Assembly: GCF_009914755.1 (NCBI RefSeq)
Contig: NC_060936.1
DNA: 64,000 nucleotides
Reading direction: 5' to 3' (one strand)
DNA from: the human T2T-CHM13v2.0 reference genome, Homo sapiens
The position numbers and the translations under genes are program-made. The notes below the pieces were generated by a model, which was given only the letters and a program-made list of their open reading frames with translations, did not search any database and had not been told where the DNA came from. Shown in pieces: positions 44,082 through 58,122 of the stretch (the stretch's first letter is position 1; every line of letters starts with the position of its first letter).

Positions 44082-45249
44082 TAAATCTTTCTGTGATCTA
44101 TTAGTCATTGTTCGTTAAACTAACAATCATCTTATCCAGTTGGCTGTATATTTTTCAGATTTCCTTTATTACTGTTTCTCATGCTTTTTGTCTTTTTATG
44201 TCCCTTATTCTCTACTTAGTTGTTTGGCTGTTCTCCACATATATCAAATACTATCTATCAAGATTTCGCTAACTATGCAAAGAGCATTTTTTTCTCCTCT
44301 TCTTAGAAGCCCAGCCATGTGGGGTATAAGTTGTTTCCATTTCGGTACTGATAAGGCTCATGGGGAATATGGGTGCAGGGCTGCCTGTGCTTGCCTGTTC
44401 CACCAATCCTTGCTGTTCTACTTTTGGTGGCAGAAGAACCTCAGTTCACCACCTGAAATCCTTAATTTATCTAACAAGACCAAATAGGTAAAAATAGAAA
44501 CACTTTGCAAGGCAAAAATGTAGTATAATAAAAGGCATTTTGGGTAAAAATATTGTTGTCTTTATCACAAGTGAAATTCATCCCAAAAGCACATTTTCTC
44601 TAGCTTTATAGTGGTTTTTCAAAAACCTTGGTTCCTTCTCTCACTTTTTCTCACCAGGTGTCTGGGAATTATTTTTTAACCAATTACTTATGGCACTGGC
44701 CACAGTTATTTTACTTTGGATTCATTTTCATAAGGAATTACACAAATATTCTCTAGTCCATATGGCCCCACAGAGAAGAGACTATATGCTTAGACACAAA
44801 GTGAAGAAGGAAGCATTTACACAGTGATCTCAATACTCTTATATATTTGTCATGGCCCTTATGTCATGGATTGAGAGTTCAGGCTTTGTTTTCTCTTTAT
44901 TATTGTGAAAAATTTATTTATCATTTGTTAAGATGTGTACTATTCTGGGATAAAGTACATCATGGATATGTATTTCTTAAGCAAGGGATAATTGTATGTT
45001 TACAGGTGAACCTTAGGCTTCCATCTCAGGCTCATCTCTCAAACTGTTGTGTATTATTATTTATTCTTAAAGAGTCCTTGGTTTCCCTTTTCTCTTTACC
45101 TTGATGCCAAGTCAGTACCACATTCTTTTCATTTTTACCATCTATCTTAAAATAAGTCTTTTAGATAGTTTAAAAATAAACTCACAACACACATATGTGC
45201 TTCATCCACATCGTTAGTTCCCTCAAAGTCATCAAATAATATAAATAAT

Positions 45250-45318
45250 ACATAATGAACCATGTGAAATTACCAGCATTTACCTATAAAGTGGCAGTTT
45301 CATATGGTGTAGCCTCAT
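45250..45318. mobile_element. MADE2-like mariner MITE
   Basis: Inverted repeats AACCATGTGAAATTACC ... GGCAGTTTCATATGGT about 20 nt apart. Confidence 0.7.
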
Positions 45319-46169
45319 ATCATCAAATAATAGCAACTACCATTTATTAACTGTTTACTGTGCCAGATGCTCTCATTGAATTCTTATAACATCCTGGATG
45401 TTCGATGTTGTTATTCTTGTTTTAAAGATGTCTAAACTCTTATTTCCACAATTTTCATAAAATCAGTAAGTGGCAGAGCTAGGATTCAAACCCAGATCTC
45501 TGAGGCTGTGTGCTCAACTGTTATGCTATCCTGCCCTTGCCTCAGGGTTTGTGAGATCGTTCATCCCGCTCATTTAGGAAGGTTTCCATTCACACAATTC
45601 CCCTTTGTTTTCAAGGGGCTTTTCTTCCAGACGTGGGTTAGGTTTGAGTTTCTGGTGTCTCCTGCTTTAGCATCATCTGTATTTTCCTTAGGCTTTCTTG
45701 AGTACATTTTAATTTGGTCAATGAAACATATTTCCTCTCTTTTTGTTTTTTTGGTATGAGTTCATTTGAAAGCCTTTTTTTTCTTTTTTTTTTTTTGACA
45801 TAGTCATTATCTTTTGAATTTGTTACTACTTTTATTTAGAGTATTATTAGTCTTTGGCCCTCTTAAGTATTCTCATTGCACTGCCCACCAGCCTTCTGAT
45901 ATCCTGTCTCCCTCATCATCTTTTATCTTTCCTTGTTTGTGTTGTTTTATGAATAATTTGCCTTCTCATCCAGGACTTACTTACTTTCTTCTCTCTTATC
46001 CATCTTAAATGTCTTTTTTTTTTTTTTTGGAGGGCAAGCCCAGACAGCCACTTGTTTGATGAAGTGGGTAGTTGAGTACTCAGAAGGACCACTGGTTCCT
46101 ACTGCTGTCTGATGATTGCAGTGAGTGTTTTATTTTAGGGTCCAATATGTTTGCATGTATGCATACATG

Positions 46170-46175
<6 letters not shown>

Positions 46176-46231
<56 letters not shown>
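46176..46231. repeat. Perfect (AT)28 microsatellite
   Basis: 56 uninterrupted alternating A/T bases. Confidence 0.97.
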
Positions 46232-46233
<2 letters not shown>

Positions 46234-46376
46234 CATTCATTTGTTTTTAATTAGGCTGGAAGCACCAGATGGAAATTCTGTACCCTCCAGTCTAATTTTA
46301 GTTTAATATCTTTGGGGTGTAATGCCTATGTATTGCTTAGTTTCTTCTTAATTTTCTGTGTTTTTCTGCTTTGAAG

Positions 46377-46502
46377 ATTTTAGAACTTGTAAACAATAGA
46401 ATCTTCCAGTCCAGGTTTCAGCACAAGAAAACTGTATGGCACATCCAGTTCACAGCCGATGAGAAGACTCTTATTTCAAGTTCTGATGATGCTGAAATTC
46501 AG
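46377..46502 (+). CDS. APAF1: APAF1 exon 22 (126 nt, WD40)
   Basis: ttgaag|ATTTTA...ATTCAG|gtgaga; ILELVNNRIFQSRFQHKKTVWHIQFTADEKTLISSSDDAEIQ. Confidence 0.98.
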
Positions 46503-47811
46503 GTGAGAGGGAGGATGAACTCTTAACATATTTAATGCTGATTCTAGCAAAGGAACACTATGATTATGCCTAAAATCTGGTGTATATTTTAAACACATTA
46601 CGTTGGGCATACATTCAGATTATGTACATGGGCTTAGATGAAACCTATGGGTGTTTCATATTTTTCTGTGGGTGAGGCAGACAGTTTATCTTAGAATCCT
46701 CTGTTGGAAGGTTGTTTATTTTGAAAATGAAGGGTTTGTTTGCATTTTCTTGCCTGTCTTGGTATTTGGATTTGTATCAGTAAGTATACTTTTTGCCACA
46801 TTTATGTAATTTCTCTTTATTTTTCTTTACAGTAGTAAAATCCAATGGAAATCATTTCATTCTTTCCTTTTAAGAACAAAATGTTTATTACAGGAATGAA
46901 ATTCTGTGAAAAGAGAATGGTTTGACATAATAAAGAATTGTGGATATGGAGGCCTAAACTTACTATATATTCTTTTAAAATTTACTTGATTATTAAAGTC
47001 CCAATGCACATTCTTTTAAAATTCAAATAGTATTACAAGACTTATTATGAAAAACAGACCCTTTCCCCCATTTCTCGTTCTCCAGAGGCACCACTTTTAG
47101 CTTTTAGATGATTCTTTTGATATTACCTTCATGCCTCTATATGGCATGCTTATAGTGCTCTTCTTGATTTTCCCATTTGAGAAGTTATCTACCGAATTCC
47201 CTACAGGAAGATGTTGCTTTTTTCCGCCTTCCACCTGTCCTGCCTTCAGCTTATGTGCATGCACACGTTCACAGACACTCATTTATCAATCCATTTATCC
47301 CAATTATAACGAAATTTTGTTTAGATCCTTCCTGTTACTATGATCACTGTGTACTAAGGGTACTGTGAATGCATTTTTTGCCTTAACGCAATTTAGGAAA
47401 ATTTGACCTTTGGGTGTAGTTGGAAATTATTTTACACTAAAACTTTGAAGACATTGCTCCATTTTCTTCCAAGTTCCAAAGTTCACGTTGAAAAGTCTGA
47501 AGCCATTTTGCTGCCTAATCTTTCTCTCTGGAAGATTTTAGGATCTTCATTTTATCCCCAGAATCTTGAAATTTCCTGATGATACACTGTGTTGTTAGTT
47601 TTTATTCATTGTTTTGGACATTCAGTCTTCCTTTTCAATTTGGAAACCTATGATTTTTAATTCATGGAAGTTGAATTATTTCTTTGATTCTTTCCTTTTT
47701 GTTCCAGTTTGCTTTCTCTTTTTGTAACACCCATTATTCAGATGTTAGATCTCCCGGACTGATAATCTAGTTTTCTTTTTCCACATTTCATCTTTCTATA
47801 GTGTGCTTTAT

Positions 47812-48117
47812 GTTTTTTTCTTTATTTTTTTTTGAGATGGAGTCTCACTCTGTCACCCAGGCTGGAGTGCAGTGGCGCGATCTTGGCTCACTGTAACCTC
47901 TGCCTCCTGGGTTCAGGCAATTCTCCTGGCTCAGCCTCCTGAGTAGCTGGGATTACAGCCGTATGCCACCATGCCAAGCTAATTTTTTGTATTTTTTTTA
48001 GTAGAGATGAGATTCCACCATGCTGGCCAGGCTGGTCTTGAACTCCTGACCTTGTGATCCGCCCGCCTCGGCCTCCCAAAGTGCTGGGATTACAGGCATG
48101 AGCCCCCGCACCTGGCC
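47812..48117 (-). mobile_element. AluS (Sg/Sc-like)
   Basis: Flanks TA(G/C)TGTGCT(T/C)TAT. Confidence 0.94.
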
Positions 48118-48323
48118 TACTGTGCTCTATTTTTGGGGAGTTTTCCTCAGTTTTGCCTTCCAGCCATTTTATTGAGTTTTTCATTTCTACTAGTATATTT
48201 CTAATGTGTTAAATTCTTATTTTGTAGATAGAATATTTTATCTCTCTGAGGAGATATACACACAGACAGGTAAATATATATAATATATATATAGAAATTA
48301 TATACACACACACACACATATAA

Positions 48324-48647
<324 letters not shown>

Positions 48648-49164
48648 TAAATTTTTGTTTTGCTGCATAGTTGCTGTTCCCTCCAAGTTGCTTTTTTCTG
48701 TTTGGTTGTTTTGACCTCCTATTTTGAAGGCCTCCTTAGCTCTCAGTGGTCATTGGCTATCAGAGATCTGTACTGAACAACTGGCTGAAAGCTCTGTGTG
48801 TTGACTGAGATCTTCTCTAAAAGGTGAATCTGAAAGGGGAAACTTTGTTGTGAGTATCTTCAGGTCTTTTGTCTTGGTCTCCTCAGATTCCTAGAGAGGA
48901 ATTTTCTGGTCTTTTGCCTGGAGGATAAACCTGGCTGGCAGGTTCTCAGAGCTAAGTTGGGGAAGATAACAGGAAGTATTAATAGATGTTGGATCTCAAC
49001 ATTTAGTATGTACACCTTCCCTTGATCCCTCATTCTCAGAATTGTAATTCTACCCTCAGTTGTGCTGGTGCCCTTAAATTCAGAGATTCTTCTTTCTAGT
49101 TTGCTGTCACTGTCTGTCTACTTTCTTCCTTTTTTTCCCATAGTAACTTTGGGATTCAACAGCA

Positions 49165-49480
49165 ATTCTTTTCTTTTCTTTTTCTTTCTTTTTTTTCTTT
49201 TTGAGACAGTCTTGCTCTATTGCCTAGGCCGGAGTGCAGTGGTGCAATCTCGGCTCACTGAAACCTCCACCTCCGAGGTTCAAGTGATTCTTCTGCTTCA
49301 GCCTCCTGAGTAGCTGGGATTACAGGCACCTGCCATCACATGCAGCTAATTTTTTTGTATTTTTAGTAGAGACAAGGTTTCACGATGTTGGCCAGGCTGG
49401 TCTTGAACTCCTGATCTCAAGTGATCTCACCTTGGCCTCCCAAAGTGCTGGGATTACAGGTGTGAGCCACCGTGCCCGGC
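49165..49480 (-). mobile_element. AluS
   Basis: Full-length with (TTTC)n tail. Confidence 0.93.
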
Positions 49481-49605
49481 CTTCTTTTTTATGTGAAATC
49501 AAGTTTCCTAAACTCCTTGGAGGAGTGGGGAAGTCCAGCATTTCTAGCTTCACAGCTCTGCAGCTCGTTCTCTTATTTTCACGAGGCATTAAAAATATGG
49601 CCTTA

Positions 49606-49886
49606 CTGGGCGCAGCGGCTCACACCTTTAATCCCAGCACTTTGGGAGTCTGAGGTGGGAGGATTGCTTGAGGCAGGAGTTAGAGACCAGCCTGGGCAAC
49701 ATAGCGAGACCCCATCTCTGCAAAACAAAATAATTTAGCCAGGTGTGGTAGTGCATGCCTATAATCCCAGCTACTCAGGAGGCTGAGGTTGGAGGATCGC
49801 TTGAGCCTAGGAGGTCCAGGCTGGAGTGAGCTATGATCATGCTACCGCACTCCAGCCTGGGCAACAGAGCAAGTCCCCATCTCAAA
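49606..49886 (+). mobile_element. AluJ
   Basis: Sense; ggaggattgcttgag and gtgagctatgatc J-type motifs. Confidence 0.92.
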
Positions 49887-50239
49887 TATATAATGGCCTT
49901 GTTCTTAGGAGATCTCTTTGCCCCATCTCCTTCCCTCTCAGTTATTTCGACCTTCTCTTTCCTTTGATGCCCTTATCCTCGTTCTACTCCATTGGATTCT
50001 ATTCCCTGTGGTTTCTCCTCACTGTAGGGTTGTTCTGGTTAATTTTGAGAGCTCACAAGGCTCACACTGCTCCAGTCCTTCCAGACTGTACCTCACACTC
50101 AGTGTCTCCTGCTCTTCTCTAGTTGTTCCATTGCACTTTTCGGTGAACACTGTGTGGCTATCTTAGGATTCTCTGCCTCCTAATTCTTAATACTTATATT
50201 CTTAGCCCCACCCTCATTTCCTCCTTTGGGTATACTTAG

Positions 50240-50621
<382 letters not shown>

Positions 50622-51633
50622 CCTTTAGGATTCTGTTTTCTTGACTTTGCTGAGTCAGTTACCATTCTCTTGCTTTCCAGCCTCCCACATTTTGTTGCTG
50701 TTATCTCCTTTCTCATTCTTTTGATCTTGCCATTTTAGTAGGGCTTTAGAAGTGAAGGATAGAATGCATATGTTCAGTGGAAATTATTATATTCTTTTAT
50801 TTAGTATATATATTAATTGTGGTGGCAATATTTAATTGTATTGTTAAAAACCCTTTTGGGAAAAAGATCTTTTAATGTTATGTCTGTGTGAGTCCTAGGA
50901 AGCAGTATGATTGCAATGAAATTTGGCTTTAGTACAGAAACTTACTTGTTATAGGCTCCCATGACACTGGTGTTCTAGCTGTAAAACTCAGTGTAATAGT
51001 CACCTTTCTTCCTCTCCAGATGTCTTTGGAATGGGTAAAACTAAAAACTACATCTGATGAAGTTCTTTTGAGACATTGTATACTATGTATTCTATCAAAA
51101 GTTAAATTCATAAGGTTTTTATGACCAGCTTGACGATTTCAGGTATTCTCAGCTAGGGGGAAGAATAATTTCTAGAGATATTTTTAGAAAAGGAGTTAGA
51201 TTATATTTAGAAATATGAGTTAAGTAGTTGTGTTTCTTCCTCTTTTTCTGTTCTACTCAGAATACTTTTTACATTTACAGTGTTTTAAATGTAACAAAAC
51301 TCTATAGATATTTTCGAGAAATGACTGGTTGGGTTTTGTTTTCATTTTTTAAGGTTTTTGTAAATGATTAAGTGGAGGTTTGTTTTAATTATCTTTGTAT
51401 CCCCAAAGCCTGGAATCCAGTAAGGGTTCTGTAAATCTTTGCTGAGCTGAAGTTATTGCCAAAATTTGAAGAATCAGCTCACCTGATTATAGCCCTTAGG
51501 ATTGTGAACATTGAGGTCTACTTTGGTAGTTTTTGATCCTTTACCTTGAAGTAAATAAAGGCCAAGTATTACCCATGCTTACATGAGCCAGTATATAGGA
51601 CTATGTTAGTTCTTGCTGGTATGAAAAGTTTCC

Positions 51634-51935
51634 AGCCGGGTGCGGTGGCTCACGCCTGTAATCCCGGCACTTTGGGAGGCCGAGGCGGGCGGATCACGAG
51701 GTCAGGAGATCGAGACCATCCTGGCTAACACGGTGAAACCCCATCTCTACTAAAAAATACAAAAAAATTAGCCAGGCGTGGTGACAGGCACCTGTAGTCC
51801 CAGCTACTCAGGAGGCTGAGGCAGGAGAATGGCATGAATCTGGGAGGCGAAGCTTGCAGTGAGCTGAGATCCCGCCACTACACTCCAGCCTGGGCGACAG
51901 AGCAAGACTCTGTCTCAAAAAAAAAGAAAAAAAAA
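51634..51935 (+). mobile_element. AluY
   Basis: gagatcgagaccatcctggctaacacgg diagnostic. Confidence 0.95.
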
Positions 51936-54141
51936 TTTCCTTAACATTTCTACAATTTAAATTTTATTCATATAGCTGAAAAAAATTCTACAAGTATATA
52001 TACATTGCAAAAATAGTCAATGATAGAGACATCCCCAAACTCAACTTTTACATTTGACTAATGGTGGTGGAAGTTTAGTGATATTAAGGTTATTCAATTA
52101 GCACAGTGTGTTTCCGTGCAACAACAACAACAACAACAAATCACTCATCATCATTGCCTAGTCAGAAACCTTCTGTAACAAAAGCTGCAAAGGCTATTCT
52201 TAATCTGCCCTCAGTGGTTGTCAAATTCTTTGTTATATCTGCTCCAGAAGGCTGTCTGAGTTCTTGATGCAGAGGGCAGAAGTAAGATACTAAGTTAGAA
52301 ATGAACATTGAATCAGGCAAAGCTAGAATAGGCAGTGTCTGTAAACTAGGAGGAGCTGTTCAGCATAGCCATTGATCCTCCAGTCCAGTAAAGCCCAGAA
52401 AGCGGGAGGAGAGAGCCAGGAGTTTCCTAGTAGAAATGGAATAAGGTCTTTTATGCTTAGTCATATGGGGTGCCCTTCCTCTCTGGTATGATTTGGGAAG
52501 CCAGAAATGCCTCCATTTCTTCCCCTTCCCCCAGCATATCTCATTGGGTTCTTAAAATATGAAAATTACTAATTCATTCTCTTTAGAATTACTCTCACTT
52601 CCAGTTCGTCTTCTAAAGTTCTCTTGCTTGCATACAAGACCCCATGCTCCTGATATCCTGCTTCTGTGAATGAGCATTCTGAGGCAGAAGATGAGAGATC
52701 TGAAAGCCAGGGCTTGTTGGGGAGGACGACTGCTAAATGTGGTGGAAAAAGAAGTAAAAAAAAGGGGAATAAGAGATGTCATTTATTTTAAGATTTTGCC
52801 TAGGTCTGATTAAAGATATTTCTGCTGTTTAACATTGGGCAATAAAAAGCTAGACTCAGAATGTTACTCATGTGCATACCTGTAGTTGTGGCTGCTTTTT
52901 CTTTATCTTTTTATTCTTTTGGAGCTGGCCTGTTTTCCCATACCTCAGAATTTTAGCTTCATCAGGCCCACGGGGCTGTTTCTTTGGATACCTTCCCAAC
53001 CTTTTTTCTCTTCTGTTTCTTCTGCGTCTCCTATGCTCTAGTCAGATGGACTCATGAGCAGGTCCCTTTTCACGTTTCCCTGCTCCTATACTTTAACTCC
53101 AACATTTATTCCCTTTGAAGAACCCTTCTCAGTTTGTGAATCACACTTTAAACCCATTCCTCAAGCCTACTTTGAATGTGCTATCTCCAAATTTTCTCTA
53201 AGGAATTACTTTTTTTGAGTTTCACAGAACTTTTATCTCTATCATTGTATCTTCTATTGTAGGACTTTTTGGGTTTGTTGTTGTATTTCTCATTTTCTTT
53301 GCTAAACTCTTAAGTTTCTTTATGCTAGATCCTTGTTTGATTCCTATTTGCCTTGCATATAGGTACTAAATAGACATTTATTAAATAAGTTAATTTGAAG
53401 TCAAGTATTAATAAAGCTCTAAATACAGTTGCTTTTAGTAATTAAGAAATGTCCTTTACATAGACATAGCATAAAAATAAACTTCTGTGTACCTCTGTGT
53501 CTCAGATACGTTTGTATGCATATTTTGTGCTAGTTACTCATGTTATTTCATTCCCCCCACCCCTTTCCTTATGTCTGAGGAGCTCCTCCTGAAGCTCCAC
53601 ATGAAAAACAATGCCTTCTCACTTCCGTCATTTTGAGGATTGCGATGGGGGATAGCTGAGATATTTGAAGCTTGGGAACTCTTGTGTTTTGGTTTGAAGC
53701 TGCTTTGATCAACTGGCCTTCCCAGGCCAGCTTCAGTGGGGCCAGGATCTGTAGACTTCCCCAGCTTGTAGGTTCAGAAATCTGTGACTATGTAATTAGG
53801 ATAATTTTCTCAGGAAAATTTAATCAGATGGTGAGCTCACTGGCATATTGTGTGTTTTTTTTTTTCTATCTTCTGGTATAATTAACTGTTCTCCAAGCAA
53901 CTGAAGAAAACAAATTTTATTTAGGAGGAAAAGTATTTTATTTTGCCCCTAGTCAATTTACATAACCGCAGCTTCTGTCTGTAAAATGTGGACACCACAG
54001 TCTTCTCTCTTATTCCTCTCTGTTTTACTGAAATGCCATGTGAGTAAAAGACTTTAGACAAGAGAATGTACACTCTCTCCACCCCTCCAATGAGATAGGA
54101 TCGGGGGAGGATTATAACAGACTTATTTCTTTGATATTCAG

Positions 54142-54261
54142 GTATGGAATTGGCAATTGGACAAATGTATCTTTCTACGAGGCCATCAGGAAACAGTGAA
54201 AGACTTTAGACTCTTGAAAAATTCAAGACTGCTTTCTTGGTCATTTGATGGAACAGTGAAG
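54142..54261 (+). CDS. APAF1: APAF1 exon 23 (120 nt, WD40)
   Basis: attcag|GTATGG...GTGAAG|gtaatt; VWNWQLDKCIFLRGHQETVKDFRLLKNSRLLSWSFDGTVK. Confidence 0.98.
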
Positions 54262-54588
54262 GTAATTTAAAGTATAAATTTGTTTTTTGAAAAAGTATTC
54301 TCATATTGCAATGATTATATTGAGACAGTCAAAAGCCACTGTGAGGCTAATTACTTACTTAAAAATTTTTAATTTTTCTCATGCTTGTTTTCTGTTAATT
54401 GCAGTCACCTACATCTGCTGTGTTTAATGAGCATTTATACTGTTAGTCACATTTAAAGTAAAGGGGTCAGAACAGCCAGTGTATTAAAACTCTTGTTTTA
54501 TAGACCTGTCTTGTAGCTGATTATGCTTTTTAATATAAAATGTTCTTAAAAGTGTCAACCTCCAAGTGTTTTTTTTTTTTTTTTTAAG

Positions 54589-54714
54589 GTATGGAATATT
54601 ATTACTGGAAATAAAGAAAAAGACTTTGTCTGTCACCAGGGTACAGTACTTTCTTGTGACATTTCTCACGATGCTACCAAGTTTTCATCTACCTCTGCTG
54701 ACAAGACTGCAAAG
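54589..54714 (+). CDS. APAF1: APAF1 exon 24 (126 nt, WD40)
   Basis: T17-aag|GTATGG...GCAAAG|gtaggt; VWNIITGNKEKDFVCHQGTVLSCDISHDATKFSSTSADKTAK. Confidence 0.98.
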
Positions 54715-55149
54715 GTAGGTCAATCAATTGAAACCATGCATAAAACTTTGGTAGTGGTTATGTATAATGAGTTCAAATAATATATGCAAAAGGACATAAC
54801 AGTTGCTCTCTACATGTCTGTTTCATATTTTGTGATCTTTTGGAGGATGCCCATTGGCATTTAGTTGGTATCAAATGAATGAAATGAAATACATTGAGGA
54901 CTTCTGATTTCTCCCTTATGGATTACTTTTTGTCTATAACTAATCAAATGCAACCTCTACTGCATATTGTAGGCAATAAAAATCATTGAAAAGCATTTAC
55001 ATTTAATTATACACTGACAATACAATTTTAATATAATTAATGTAATATAATTGACGTGTGTCTAAAATCACATTCTGGTGAATGATGCTGCTTGGTGGGG
55101 GACCTCAAGTACTCTCTTCTCTCCTTTTTTCTCCTTCTACCAGTCTTTC

Positions 55150-55820
55150 CAAACTATAAACCTTGGAATTGTCAGGGCTGTATCCTGTCTTTTGTGCTCT
55201 GTTGATGACTCTTTAGTGCATCTTAGAGTTATCTTCTCCTCTTTGTCACCACCCTGAAGAGCATGCTTTCCTCCTCCTCCACTGGTGAACTGTCCCAGCA
55301 TCCTGCCTCTGGTCTGCACCTCTTCCACTTTATCTTCCATACCACTGCCTGTGTCCCTTGTTGAAACACCTATTACCTAACGGTTTATAGGCCAACCACT
55401 TAGCTCCTCACCATCTTTTTCTGCTATATTGTTTCCTCTGTGCCAGCCTACTTTCCAACTTCATCTTTTTGTGCATGCTGCTAACTTTGGTTTGATAAAC
55501 CTTCTACTCTTTTACCTTGAAGCATTATGACTCATCTTTCTAGACCTAGATTTGATGGCAGCTCTTCTGAAGCGTTTCCTGACCCTCAAGCAAGGTTAGC
55601 TGCTCTACCTCCAGTGTTTCTATTACATTTTATTCATTTGTTAGAACATTTACTTCATACAACTGTTCACTAACTGTTCGTGAGCCTGTCTTTGTGATTA
55701 AACTATAAACTTTTCAAGGATAGTGACTGTAGCTAGTTTATCTTCTTGTACCACTAGTTCTTAGCTCACAGCGCTTGGAACTTGGTAGTTTTCAGTATGT
55801 GGTTGCTAAATGATGTTGAC
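55150..55820. mobile_element. L2 remnant
   Basis: Degenerate L2 3'-end motifs (ctataaacttttcaaggatag, cacagcgcttggaacttggtag, ttgctaaatga). Confidence 0.55.
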
Positions 55821-56364
55821 AAAACCATGAGACAATATTGAAAGAAAAAAAAAATAGCATTTGGCTGCCAAGAAGTAGGCTAGTATAGTGACTAACATTT
55901 AAAGATTACTTGTCACATGCTAGTAATTTCACTCTCTATAATCTCATTTAATCTTCACATCATAGGTACAATTGTCCTCATTTTACAGATGCCGTGTCTG
56001 AAGCTATAGAAGCTTATATGAGTTGTCCTAGTCACAAGAATCTAGTGAACAGTGGAGCTAGCACTCACATTCAGGTCTGCTTCACTCCACAGACTGCTCT
56101 TAGCTGATTCAGTGTTCTTCTGTCTAGGTCTAAATTAAGGAAGGAGTGACATTGATCCTTGAGCTGAATTTAACTTGAGTAAATAAAGGGAAACTCAGAA
56201 AAATTAACAAGGTTGCATGCTGGAACTTGGGCATCTCATGACAGTTTATGAATTGCCAGATATTAGAATGTCCATGTGATTGAATTTATGGCTGAATAGC
56301 AATCAAGGCAGATGCTTATTTTGAGTGTTTATAGCATTGCTAAACAATCCTAATTGCCTTCCAG

Positions 56365-56490
56365 ATCTGGAGTTTTGATCTCCTTTTGCCACTTCATGAA
56401 TTGAGGGGCCACAACGGCTGTGTGCGCTGCTCTGCCTTCTCTGTGGACAGTACCCTGCTGGCAACGGGAGATGACAATGGAGAAATCAGG
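56365..56490 (+). CDS. APAF1: APAF1 exon 25 (126 nt, WD40)
   Basis: ttccag|ATCTGG...ATCAGG|gtaggc; IWSFDLLLPLHELRGHNGCVRCSAFSVDSTLLATGDDNGEIR. Confidence 0.98.
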
Positions 56491-58122
56491 GTAGGCTGTT
56501 TGCTGACATGAGAGCACTGCTCTTCTTGTAGCTTGGGCTAGCACTGTTCACAGTGGGGACCTTTGTTCACGGGCCAGGGAAGCATAGTCCTGAAGTTGTG
56601 GTTGGATGAGGCATTCTTTTTGTTTCTTGTGCACATTGTATTCACAGCTGCACTCCACTGCAGAAACGGATTCATTTTAGAGTTAGAGTGAAGCATTCCC
56701 TGTATATGTGAGGAAGCAAGTGCTCTAGTCATTTGTAGTTCATTCTCTGCCATTAGCTTGAGAATGATTCATCTTAATTCTTGGACTTGAACCAAAGGTT
56801 TTTGGTAGCAGAATTTGAGGAAAATAATTTTGTAAATTATGGTCTGGATTATAAATGAATTGCAAATTCTGCTTTTTCTGTGCTGAAAGAAAAGATCTCT
56901 TTAGCACTATACCCATTTGATAGCCATTTCCAGTGTGGTTTGTTGCAGTCCTCTGTGGACTGCCTGCCTGTTAAACAGTGCAGAGGTTCACATTTCCGTC
57001 ATTGGGGGGCAGCGAAGGGCTCCTAATTGAGTCACAGTCTGCATGCTAGGCCAGTTTTTATTACCCTGCAGTGCTTAAGATATACATACAAACCATGCCA
57101 ATTTTATTTAGAAAACAATCTATTTTTTTTAGATATATAATTTTGACTTTTAGAAAACAATCTTTTTAGGAGGCTTAGAATGTTGTTCTCTGTGTCTGTG
57201 GAAATATAGTACCATATGGAAAGAATTGCATGCTGAAAGATGAGAAATTATGGAAAAGGAGTCAGTTGACCTAGTTGTGTCAGAAGAATTGGGGAGCCGA
57301 TTGGAAAAGTTTGGGTATTGGGATGACTACTTTGGTAACCAGTGTAGATGAGGAAGATGGGGTTTTCCCCCTTTCATTACAAAGGAGGATCTAAAACTCC
57401 AGGAACAGGTATATAGTGCAGAAGACTAGGAGAGTATACAGTTTGCAGGAACAGAGGTGTTATCAGATGGGCTTTCCAGGGAAATTAAGATTCTTCTTCT
57501 TGAGGACTAAGTAACCAACCTTCTCTCTACCAGTCACATAAATGTGTGTCAGCTGAAGTGGCAGGGCTGCTTTGGAAATGTTCATTTTGCTCTGAGTTCG
57601 CGTCTTTGGATGAAAGTGCTCCTTTCCCAGTTATGAGGCGGTGTTTCATTTTTCAACCACTGCAGGAAAAAGTTGTCTCCATTAAAATTGTGTTATTTTA
57701 AAAATTTTTGTTGGTACATTAAAAAAATTTTTTTCTCCCTGATTATTCAGAATATAGGAAAGTTACTGATTTTTGTTTGTATATGTACTACCTTACTGAA
57801 CTGTTTCTAATGAGTTTTTCCATTCGGTTCTCTTGGATTTTCTAGGGAGAGATTTACAAATGATTGTTTAATTTTCTTTTACCATTTATGCCTCTGTTTC
57901 TTTTTCTTATTCTGGTGTACCTTTATTTGAAAAATTAGAGCACTGCTTATATATTAAATGCCACTGGAAATAAATGGCAATATTAGTATCTGTGTTAGGG
58001 TTGTTTATAATAAAGTCTAGTAAAATAATTTTAGAATACATATATATGGACATATATATGTTTTAAAACCAGAGAAGCTTCTGGATAACTCTGTTAATGA
58101 ATTGTGTATCATGTTTATGTAG

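Noticed and set aside
45250-45318. Hairpin as a possible miRNA precursor
   Set aside because: It is a degenerate MADE2-type MITE with several stem mismatches; no evidence of processing
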